Source: an uncultured Pseudomonadota bacterium (GTDB lineage Bacteria; Babelota; Babeliae; Babelales; CAIQNR01). Taken from it: a DNA stretch of 64,000 bases. A program made the translations under genes and the position numbers. The notes under the pieces are model-generated. The model ran no database searches and was not told the DNA's origin. It worked only from the letters and a program-made list of their open reading frames with translations. The DNA is taken from the NCBI GenBank assembly GCA_964433415.1, contig CAYSQM010000005.1, positions 10,449 through 74,448 on the forward strand. The letters run 5' to 3'. Shown one piece after another: positions 55,258-62,392 of this stretch. Position 1 is the first letter of the stretch. Each line of letters starts with the position of its first letter.

Positions 55258-55292
55258 GTGCTCAAATTTTTAATAATAAGTTTAAAATAAAT

Positions 55293-55394
55293 AAGTACGT
55301 GATAAGGTCTACACGCGAGGGTGAGCCAAACGCGAATTCCCAGAGTTTACCCCTCCTGATCCTGCCTTGAAAGGCATAACAAAGACTTTGAATT
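55293..55394 (+). repeat. GC-richer intergenic repeat, copy A
   Basis: The sequence runs AAGTACGTGATAAGG...GAGCCAAACGCGAATTCCC...CCCCTCCTGATCCTGCCTTGAAAGGCATAACAAAGACTTTGAATT. It is alignable with the copies at 56981-57015 (+), 59187-59213 (inverted) and 59397-59561 (+). Confidence 0.7.
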
Positions 55395-55530
55395 ATTTAG
55401 ATTTTTTACAGTTAAATGGATTCAACAGTTACATTACATTAAGTTTTTGGATAACTAGTGAAAATTTATTGACCTTGAATTTATTAATATTTTCTATTTG
55501 TATTCACTAATTAGCTTGTATTTCCCCCTT

Positions 55531-55558
55531 TTGACCATTTGTCTTACTTTGCTAAACT
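55531..55558 (+). promoter_or_regulatory. candidate sigma70-type promoter of paralog 1 (TTGACC-N16-TAAACT)
   Basis: Both hexamers, the 16-nt spacing and the downstream leader of about 85 nt are conserved with the copy at 57107-57134, while the flanking sequence diverges. Confidence 0.4.
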
Positions 55559-55645
55559 TGTTTCATATAAGTACGCAGAGGCTGTGTTGGCTTCTAGGGC
55601 GTGCAAAATGTAAAATGGTTTCCAAAAAATCATATGGAGGAATAT

Positions 55646-56797
55646 ATGAAAAAGAAACAATTAGGTAATCTATTTACTGTAGCATTACTTTTATCAACGC
55701 CGTTATTTGCATCAGAAGATTCAGTGCCAAGACATATTTTAAGAGGAAATGACATTGCCCCTTCTACTCTTCTTTCTAATGCTGATTATTTTTCATTACT
55801 AGCAGATTTTACATTAAATAATATTGAGCATCCTGGTCTTACTTTTGCTAAACAATTTGGTATAAATAAAAAAGAATCTTTTATTAATGCTGCAAGAGCA
55901 CAATTTGCTGTTTTTATGCAAAAAGCTAAAATTAAAGCTGCTATAGCTGCCGGTACTTATGCTGCTTACGATGCAGTAAAAATGGTGCCTGCTGTTAATG
56001 TTGATGACTCTGCAACAATGAAAACTGTTAAATATGCTGGTAAAGCTGTTGTTGGTTCATCTGCTTTTGCAACTCAATTTGCTGCTATTAAGTTCTTAGT
56101 GTCTAATTGGAATGTATTGTTACACCCTATGCAAGATAAAGTAAAAACCGCAAAAGTTCTTGCTGTTGCATTAGCTAATATTGCTTATTACACGCCTCAA
56201 GTTCGTGCTTTAGTAGTTAAAGCTGCGTCTTATATTGATTCAAATGTATTTGTTATTGCTCCTAACATAGCTCCTCAAGTTCAAGGGCCAGTTGTAACTG
56301 AAGATCAAGATGGAGCTTCAACCAGTTCTGATGAATCATCGACTGATGCGGAATATTTTGAAGCTAGAGAAGAAGCAAGTTCTCAAGAAAAAGAAGAGGA
56401 TAGTGGAATACAAGAAGAAGCAAAAGCTATAAGAAACCCAAATGAAATAAAGTTTATTAATGACGCTATTAATGCCTGTGACAAAAGTTCAAATTCACCA
56501 TTAAAAAAACTGTTTTCATCTGCATTATTGTCTTGTAACGATAAAGAATATATTGAAAATTATAAGGCAAGGCTTACTAATATATATGTATTATTAGAAT
56601 TATTACCTGATACATATGCTTCTGAATCAGTTGGTATGCATTATATGGGTACTAGTGAGAAAGTCCGTGCCTTAGTAAATAGTTTGTTAAAACATTATAT
56701 GGTTAATTCATTAACACTAACCGAAGATTGTCCTTCGGATAAGATAATAATTAATACTGAAATTACTAGAATAATTACTGAATTAGAAAACATGTAA
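55646..56797 (+). CDS. hypothetical secreted protein, tandem paralog 1
   Basis: ATG 55646 follows GGAGG and gives MKKKQLGNLFTVALLLSTPLFA. A central block of about 130 aa is about 70% identical by eye to the 57221 paralog (e.g. FLVSNWNVLL.PMQDKVKTAKV.AVAL.N.AYYTPQVRALVVKAASY). This copy has an acidic S/E/D-rich insert. Confidence 0.65.
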   Translation: MKKKQLGNLFTVALLLSTPLFASEDSVPRHILRGNDIAPSTLLSNADYFSLLADFTLNNIEHPGLTFAKQFGINKKESFINAARAQFAVFMQKAKIKAAIAAGTYAAYDAVKMVPAVNVDDSATMKTVKYAGKAVVGSSAFATQFAAIKFLVSNWNVLLHPMQDKVKTAKVLAVALANIAYYTPQVRALVVKAASYIDSNVFVIAPNIAPQVQGPVVTEDQDGASTSSDESSTDAEYFEAREEASSQEKEEDSGIQEEAKAIRNPNEIKFINDAINACDKSSNSPLKKLFSSALLSCNDKEYIENYKARLTNIYVLLELLPDTYASESVGMHYMGTSEKVRALVNSLLKHYMVNSLTLTEDCPSDKIIINTEITRIITELENM

Positions 56798-56848
56798 AAA
56801 ACAAGATAAGTAATTTTATAAGTTATTAATACATCTAGTTAAAGCAAT

Positions 56849-56886
56849 AAAAAAGGCTCATGATTTAGTTCATGGGCCTTTTTTGT
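56849..56886 (+). terminator. rho-independent terminator of paralog 1
   Basis: The hairpin AGGCTCATGA-TTTAGT-TCATGGGCCT is followed by a T-run. Its 5' flank (ATACATCTAGTTAAAGCAATAAAAAAGG) is duplicated at 58340-58396. Confidence 0.65.
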
Positions 56887-56980
56887 ATTTGTAGTATCAT
56901 TTTAATAATAAATTATTCGCATTTTCTTTTAATGCATTATGGACAGTTTAAAAAAACTTGTCATCCAGGCTCTTCTTTAT

Positions 56981-57015
56981 GGTGCCAGTGAAAAGCATAG
57001 CAAAAGACTTCAATT
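56981..57015 (+). repeat. intergenic repeat, partial copy D
   Basis: GGTGCCAGTGAAAAGCATAGCAAAAGACTTCAATT aligns with the 3' part of copy A. Confidence 0.55.
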
Positions 57016-57106
57016 GTAATGTGACGAGTACAAGGCTGCTCATATAAAGCTTAAAACACTTAATAATTTCTCATTGAAACTATTGATAAGCCTGTTTGAC
57101 CCCTCT

Positions 57107-57134
57107 TTGACCAGTTGTTCTTCTCTGCTAAACT
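57107..57134 (+). promoter_or_regulatory. candidate sigma70-type promoter of paralog 2 (TTGACC-N16-TAAACT)
   Basis: This is the conserved counterpart of 55531-55558. Confidence 0.4.
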
Positions 57135-57220
57135 TGTTTCATATCAGTACGTAGAGGCTGTGTAGGCTTCTACAATGTACAGAATGTAAAATGGTTTCCA
57201 AAACTCATATGGAGGAATAT

Positions 57221-58330
57221 ATGGAAAAGAAACAATTGCGTAATGTATTTACTATAGCATTACTTTTATCAACCCCACTATTTGCATCACAAGATGCGGT
57301 TAGTTTGACTCGTGTTCAAGCGGCTAAAGCAGTTGCTGAGCAAAATTTACAAGTTGCTAAAGCAAAAATGCAAGCTGGTCTTGCGGTTGCTAAGCAATTT
57401 GGTATAGACAAAAAAGATGTTTTTGTTGCTGCTTCAAAGGCACAAGCTGCTACTTTTATGCAAAGTCCAAAAGCAAATTCAGCTGCTATAGCTGCTGGTT
57501 TGTATGCTGGTTATGATGCAATGAATATGGTTCCTGCTGTTAATCCTACTGATTCTAGAACTGTTAAAGGTGCTAAAGTTGTTGGTAAAGTTGCTGCTGG
57601 TTCAGTTGCTTTTACGTCTCAATTTGCTGCTGTTCAGTTCTTAGTTTCTAATTGGAACGTATTATTGAACCCTATGCAAGATAAAGTAAAAACTGCAAAA
57701 GTTGTTGCTGTTGCATTAGTTAATCTTGCATATTATACGCCACAAGTTCGTGCTTTAGTAGTTAAAGCTGCTTCTTATGTTGGTTTAAATGCATTTGCTC
57801 TTGGAAGCACTGTAGTTGCTAAGATGCCTGCAATGCTTACATTAAAACGTTCAGCTGTAACTGAAAATATTCCTGTTGTTGCTCAAAATGCTGGTATTGT
57901 ATCTTCTATAGCGTCAAAAGTTTCAGCTGCTGCAAGTACTGTAACTGGTGGTAAAGTTGGTACGTCAACTGCTAAACAAAGACAAGCTCAGTTTATTGCT
58001 GATGCAATTAACGTTCTTCATGAATCTTCTAATTCAGTATTAAAAAACATGTTTAAGGCTTCATTAGACAAGGTTGTCACAACTAACATTTATTTCCGTC
58101 AACAAGGTGCTAATGTTATCCTTAAGGAATCAATATTAAGTAATGTGTTTGCTACAGAAGTAGATCTTGGTATTTTTTATGCAGGTACTTCTGCTAGAGT
58201 CCTTGATTTAGTAAATAAATTGTTAAAATTGTATACAGTTAAGAGATTGAATTTAACAAAAGGTAATCCTGACTATATTAAATATATGAATAGTGAAATT
58301 GATACAATAATTGCTGAATTGCAAAGTTAA
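57221..58330 (+). CDS. hypothetical secreted protein, tandem paralog 2
   Basis: ATG 57221 follows GGAGG and gives MEKKQLRNVFTIALLLSTPLFA. It shares the central block and a C-terminal motif with paralog 1 (F I.DAIN....SSNS.LK..F; LV N.LLK.Y.V..L.LT). Confidence 0.65.
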   Translation: MEKKQLRNVFTIALLLSTPLFASQDAVSLTRVQAAKAVAEQNLQVAKAKMQAGLAVAKQFGIDKKDVFVAASKAQAATFMQSPKANSAAIAAGLYAGYDAMNMVPAVNPTDSRTVKGAKVVGKVAAGSVAFTSQFAAVQFLVSNWNVLLNPMQDKVKTAKVVAVALVNLAYYTPQVRALVVKAASYVGLNAFALGSTVVAKMPAMLTLKRSAVTENIPVVAQNAGIVSSIASKVSAAASTVTGGKVGTSTAKQRQAQFIADAINVLHESSNSVLKNMFKASLDKVVTTNIYFRQQGANVILKESILSNVFATEVDLGIFYAGTSARVLDLVNKLLKLYTVKRLNLTKGNPDYIKYMNSEIDTIIAELQS

Positions 58331-58359
58331 GTAATTAATATACATCTAGTTAAAGCAAT

Positions 58360-58396
58360 AAAAAAGGCCTATGATTTAGTTCATGGGCCTTTTTTG
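58360..58396. terminator. bidirectional terminator shared by paralog 2 (+) and grpE (-)
   Basis: The hairpin AGGCCTATGA-TTTAGT-TCATGGGCCT has an A-run on the left and a T-run on the right. Confidence 0.65.
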
Positions 58397-58418
58397 CGTT
58401 TTTTTGTTTATTATTTTT

Positions 58419-58982
58419 TTATTGTTGTGCGGCTACGCTTACTTTTGAGTGCCTTAAAACTACACCATTACACATAAAACCAGGTTGTAATACCGTAATA
58501 ATATCACCTTCTTGTTTACCTTCTGCTTGAGTTTGCATTACTGCTTCATGCAGTTCTGGGTCAAAAGTGGTGTGTTGTGCAATTGGTGTTACCCCATTCT
58601 TTTTTAGGTAGTCATAAAACATTTTGTGAATTAATTCATACCCTTGAAGGAATTGGTTTAAAGAACTGGATCCCACGCTGGTGCTTTGGATGGCAGTTTG
58701 TTCAGTTAATTCTGTTATGCGCTTTGATTCTTGCATTGCTCTATCAAAGTCATCAACTATAGGGAGCAATTGCAATAAGAGTTCAGCACGTGTTGTTTGT
58801 GTCCATAAAGAACGGTCTTTTTCTACTCGTTTTTTGTAATTCTGAAAATCTGCACCCAAACGAACGAGTTGGTCTTTTGTTTGAGCTAGTTCATCAGCAG
58901 TTGCTTGGCATTCTTCTTGGGTAGTTTCTTCTTTATGAAGTTCATCATAAAGATCTTGTCCATTAAAGTTGTTATCTTCCAT
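58419..58982 (-). CDS. grpE: nucleotide exchange factor GrpE
   Basis: The preferred start gives MEDNNFNG..., preceded by GGGGGA; the track start is a TTG further upstream. It has a coiled-coil N-terminal half (LVRLGADFQNYKKRVEKD) and a C-terminal beta-domain (FDPELHEAV...V.QPGF). Confidence 0.85.
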   Translation of the reverse strand: MEDNNFNGQDLYDELHKEETTQEECQATADELAQTKDQLVRLGADFQNYKKRVEKDRSLWTQTTRAELLLQLLPIVDDFDRAMQESKRITELTEQTAIQSTSVGSSSLNQFLQGYELIHKMFYDYLKKNGVTPIAQHTTFDPELHEAVMQTQAEGKQEGDIITVLQPGFMCNGVVLRHSKVSVAAQQ

Positions 58983-59144
58983 GAGTATCCCCCGATAATT
59001 TTTATTATTTTTATGAGTTTTTATAGATCCCAAGAATAGGGCATTTTCTTTGAATTTTCAATCTACATTAAGAGAAATATGTTTAAAATCCTCATCCAGA
59101 GCAAGCAGTGCAAAGCAATATGAAGAGTAGGGTCCATTTAACGG

Positions 59145-59260
59145 TAAAAAGTCTTCTTAAAAATCATATTAAATTCAATATCTCTTTAATGCCTTTCCAG
59201 GCAGGACCAGGAGGTTTCTTGCCATACGGCTGCGCCATCTCAACCAAAAGAAGCTAGTTT
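59145..59260 (-). repeat. intergenic repeat, inverted copy B
   Basis: The reverse complement of 59187-59213 (CCTCCTGGTCCTGCCTGGAAAGGCATT) matches the copy A core CCTCCTGATCCTGCCTTGAAAGGCATA. The flanks are weakly alignable. Confidence 0.6.
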
Positions 59261-59396
59261 AGATTTCCAGTAAGAAAATTACTGGGTTTTATTTAGCGTG
59301 CCGATTATGCATGGTAATGTTTTCTTTAAAGTCCAGTCTACGGCTTTCCTGGCTCAGAAATTCTGCATATTTATTAACAATTATAAAAGTATGTGT

Positions 59397-59561
59397 AAGT
59401 ACGTAATCAGGTTATCCTGGGAGGGGAAGCCAAAGGCGAATCCAAAAGTAGAGCCGTTCTTGGCGTTTCTTAAGGTGCAGCTTTAAGTGCCCAGATTCAA
59501 AAGAGGGGTGGCAAGACCCCTCTTTGCACTGCCCGTGGAGGGCATTAAAAAGACTTTGATT
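59397..59561 (+). repeat. intergenic repeat, long copy C (about 60 bp extra relative to copy A)
   Basis: The sequence runs AAGTACGTAATCAGG...GAAGCCAAAGGCGAATCC...CTGCCCGTGGAGGGCATTAAAAAGACTTTGATT. The insert contains the hairpin AGAGGGGTGGCAAGACCCCTCT. Confidence 0.7.
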
Positions 59562-59629
59562 AATAAATAGTGTACTTTAAATAGCCCATTGCTTGATGAC
59601 AGAGTACGAAATTTATTATTAAGGCAAAA

Positions 59630-60859
59630 ATGTTTAAAAGAAATCTATTTGAAAAACTGAAAAAACTACTTTCTTGGAGTCCTGTTGTACTTTTAACCGG
59701 TGCGCAAAAAACAGGAAAAACTCTTTTAATAAAAAAAGTATGCCCTCAAGCGCTTTATACCTATATTACTTTTGAAGACCAAGATGTCCTATTATTAGCA
59801 AAAAATGACCCGGAAGCTTTTATAGAAAGTCTTACTAAACCAGTTATTCTAGATAAAATAGAACGTGTGCCAGAACTTTTTTTGCCAATTAAACAAGATG
59901 TTCAAAAAAATCGTCAAAGTCGCATGTATGCACTAGTCAGTTCTGTTGATCTCTTATTAATCCCGGAATTAAGTGACCTGGTTGTTGGTCAAATGGAAAC
60001 TATAGAACTCTTTTCTTTTTCGCAGGCCGAGCGTATTGAAGTAAAAGAAAATTTTATTGAAAACATTTTTAAAGGTATAACGCCAAATGTTGAGTGTGAT
60101 GCCTTACAAGAACAAGAAGATTTGTATAAAAGAATTGCTCTTGGTGGCTATCCTGAACTTATTATTGCACAACAAAAAAATGGTTACTCAATTGTTATAC
60201 CATGGTTTGATGAGTATTTAATGAGCCTTCTAAAAGAGTATGATGCAATTTTATTACGTAAAATTCTTACGTGTCTTGCAGCGCATGCAGGGGACGTTCT
60301 GGTTATTGCTGATCTGGCAAAAGAATTAACTATTTCTGAAGAACTTTTACAACAACAGGTAACATTGTTAGAAGCATTATTTTTAGTGAGTTTTGAACAA
60401 CCATGGTTAGGTAATGTAACTAACTATGAAGAGCAGTATTTGCCAAAGATCTATTTTAATGATACCGGGTTATTGTCCTTTTTATTGGGTATTAATCTTG
60501 AAACTGACTGCATAGAAGAAAGTATATTTGCGCCTTTGCTATTGAAAAATTTTGTTATTTCAGAACTCAAAAAGCAGGTAAGCTGGTCACAAAAACGTGT
60601 GCAAATTTATTATTATAATGTGATAAATGGAAAAAAAGTTGACCTAATAGTTGAAGATTTTCAGGGTAATATAATTGGTATTGTTATTAAAAATAGTAAC
60701 AGTATTTCTTCTGAAGATTTTGAAGGGGTACACTATTTGCAAGAAAATTTTCAAAATAGATTTGTGCAAGGTATTGTTTTATATATTGGACAAGAGTCAG
60801 TGCAGTTTAGTGATAAATTATGTGCGTTGCCTGTTAATGCTTTATGGGCCTTGTCTTGA
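59630..60859 (+). CDS. AAA+ ATPase of the AAA_14/DUF4143 type
   Basis: 409 aa. It has Walker A GAQKTGKT, a Walker B-like VILDKIERVP, and the typical C-terminal DUF4143-like region (YFNDTGLLSFLLG ... K.VDLIVE). Confidence 0.7.
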   Translation: MFKRNLFEKLKKLLSWSPVVLLTGAQKTGKTLLIKKVCPQALYTYITFEDQDVLLLAKNDPEAFIESLTKPVILDKIERVPELFLPIKQDVQKNRQSRMYALVSSVDLLLIPELSDLVVGQMETIELFSFSQAERIEVKENFIENIFKGITPNVECDALQEQEDLYKRIALGGYPELIIAQQKNGYSIVIPWFDEYLMSLLKEYDAILLRKILTCLAAHAGDVLVIADLAKELTISEELLQQQVTLLEALFLVSFEQPWLGNVTNYEEQYLPKIYFNDTGLLSFLLGINLETDCIEESIFAPLLLKNFVISELKKQVSWSQKRVQIYYYNVINGKKVDLIVEDFQGNIIGIVIKNSNSISSEDFEGVHYLQENFQNRFVQGIVLYIGQESVQFSDKLCALPVNALWALS

Positions 60860-61090
60860 TTTTAATTAAATTGTCCTTGATCTCACGGCTTCATTATATT
60901 TCGCCTCTGGATGACGAGTGTTAGTCTTTTTTGTTTGAATAGGTAATATCCCTATGGATGACGAGTTTGGGCATATTTCTTTCTGTGTGATAAAAAAAAC
61001 AAAATAAACTTCTTTACTTTTAAATTTTAATTTTTTAGATCTTATGCAGTAGTTAGAAGTTTTATTAATCACAAAAAAGGGGAAGTCTCT

Positions 61091-62356
61091 ATGAAAAAGA
61101 CGCTCTTTACCAGAGTGACGTTTGTACTTTCATTATTGCTCGTACCAGTGTCAGCTCTTGGCTATCGTTATTCTTATCGAGGTGGGCCATATAATCATGA
61201 ACCACGTTTCGATCGTAATTATCTTTCGACCTTTGACGTTTCTGTTATGGGAGGTTCTGCAAAGAACGGGCATAATGGAAGTGGCACTAAAACGAACGTT
61301 TTAAATATTTATGGCGTTCATAATATTGCTAAATTAGGTCAAAGCGTTCCAGGTTTAAATCCACTTAACGCAATCGATCTTAATTTAATTCAACTTGCTG
61401 CGTTACCTAGTAACGGCAATTTTGGGCAAGTAGTTTTTAACGGTAAGTTTGGTTACTTAGGTGCAAATTTTGGTTTTGTACAAAACTATAAATATGGTTT
61501 TTTCTCTCAAATCAATGTTCCGGTAGAAAATGTTAAAGTAAGCGATATTTCATTTGTTGATCAATCTCCAACAGCAGGTGTGCCTAACATTACTGATCCT
61601 ATTTGGACACAATTTTTAGCTAATTTTGATGCAACATTGAATCGTTTTGGTATTGATAAAGGTAACTTTAGTTATACCAGCGTAGGTGATATTCAAACCT
61701 ATATCGGTTGGACCTATAACAACGATAATTTAAAATCAATCGACTTTTTTGATACTACTATAAAAGTTGGTGTTACTAGTCCAGTAGCAGATCGTCGTGA
61801 TAGATCTAAAGCATTTGCAATACCATTAGGTTACAATGGTCATGGTGGTGTTTCAGTTGATTTTGATGCAGCAATTGGTTTTCTTGATTGGGTAAGTCTT
61901 GGTTGGCATGTTGGTGGATTATTCTTCTTTGACGATATACAAACAGTTCGCATGAAAACTAATAGCTTACAAAGTGGCTATATTAAATTAGCGCAAGGTG
62001 TTGCAAAAGAAAAAATGGGTAATTTATGGGATATCGGCACTTTCTTAAAAGCTGACCATATTGCTGCTGGATTCTCATTTGGTGTTGGATACACTTACAC
62101 AAGCCAAGAAGATACAACATTAGTTCCAGAAGATACGGTTGCCTTTAGTTCTGTAATTGTTAATAGCGATGAAATGCTTAAAGCTTGGAGAAAGCATGTT
62201 ATCAATATTAGTGCAGACTATGACTTTGCAAAAGAAGGACGCTGTTTTAACCCTCGCATAGGTTTGTTCTATAATAGACCAGTTGGCGGTAAACGTATCT
62301 TTACAACAGATATTGTTGGTGGTTCTTTTGGTGCTAATATCACTTGGAATTTTTAA
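61091..62356 (+). CDS. outer-membrane beta-barrel protein (porin/major OMP-like)
   Basis: 421 aa with a signal peptide (VTFVLSLLLVPVSALG). It has alternating-hydrophobicity, G/Y/F-rich strands and a C-terminal beta-signal ending ...GANITWNF (terminal Phe). Confidence 0.65.
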   Translation: MKKTLFTRVTFVLSLLLVPVSALGYRYSYRGGPYNHEPRFDRNYLSTFDVSVMGGSAKNGHNGSGTKTNVLNIYGVHNIAKLGQSVPGLNPLNAIDLNLIQLAALPSNGNFGQVVFNGKFGYLGANFGFVQNYKYGFFSQINVPVENVKVSDISFVDQSPTAGVPNITDPIWTQFLANFDATLNRFGIDKGNFSYTSVGDIQTYIGWTYNNDNLKSIDFFDTTIKVGVTSPVADRRDRSKAFAIPLGYNGHGGVSVDFDAAIGFLDWVSLGWHVGGLFFFDDIQTVRMKTNSLQSGYIKLAQGVAKEKMGNLWDIGTFLKADHIAAGFSFGVGYTYTSQEDTTLVPEDTVAFSSVIVNSDEMLKAWRKHVINISADYDFAKEGRCFNPRIGLFYNRPVGGKRIFTTDIVGGSFGANITWNF

Positions 62357-62392
62357 TATTCACTTAAGATTCAATTCATTAAGGAGTTTTTA

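Noticed and set aside
58983-59040. HAIR-like element upstream of grpE (TATGAGT-N9-TCCCAAG on the + strand)
   Set aside because: Only partial half-site matches to CTTGAGT-N7-ACTCAAG, and the spacing is wrong. It is too weak to call without a genome-wide motif model.
59180-59300. Possible small RNA (SRP/4.5S-like CCAGGCAGGACCAGGAGG segment, followed by the hairpin CCAGTAAGAAAATTACTGG plus a T-run at 59266-59295)
   Set aside because: It does not match the conserved SRP helix-8 motif (AGGUCCGGAAGGAAGCAGCC) well enough. The same core occurs in several copies and orientations nearby, which fits a repeat better than a single-copy ncRNA. I kept it only as part of the repeat-family finding.
59298-59486. 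Track ORF of 62 aa in the grpE / AAA-ATPase intergenic region
   Set aside because: It has no RBS and spans repeat copy C. The protein has no coherent features.
3819-61304. Many short antisense or off-frame track ORFs nested in confidently identified genes. Examples: 3819-4037(-), 6375-6602(-), 7841-8029(-), 9213-9545(-), 16931-17131(-), 17184-17438(+), 18729-18977(+), 24295-24528(-), 28642-28953(-), 30681-30887(+), 31622-31840(+), 32198-32536(-), 34086-34384(-/+), 35753-35989(-), 36327-36665(-), 38174-38362(-), 38594-38836(-), 39607-39795(-), 40324-40858(-), 43692-43982(+), 45082-45339(+), 46920-47114(-), 50099-50356(+), 50837-51040(-), 53687-53887(-), 58577-58762(+), 60675-60869(+), 60866-61072(-), 61122-61304(+)
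   Set aside because: Each overlaps a longer ORF that has recognisable family motifs, or a signal peptide plus RBS. Their compositions (F/L/I/K/N-rich or H/Q/L-rich) are typical of AT-rich non-coding frames.
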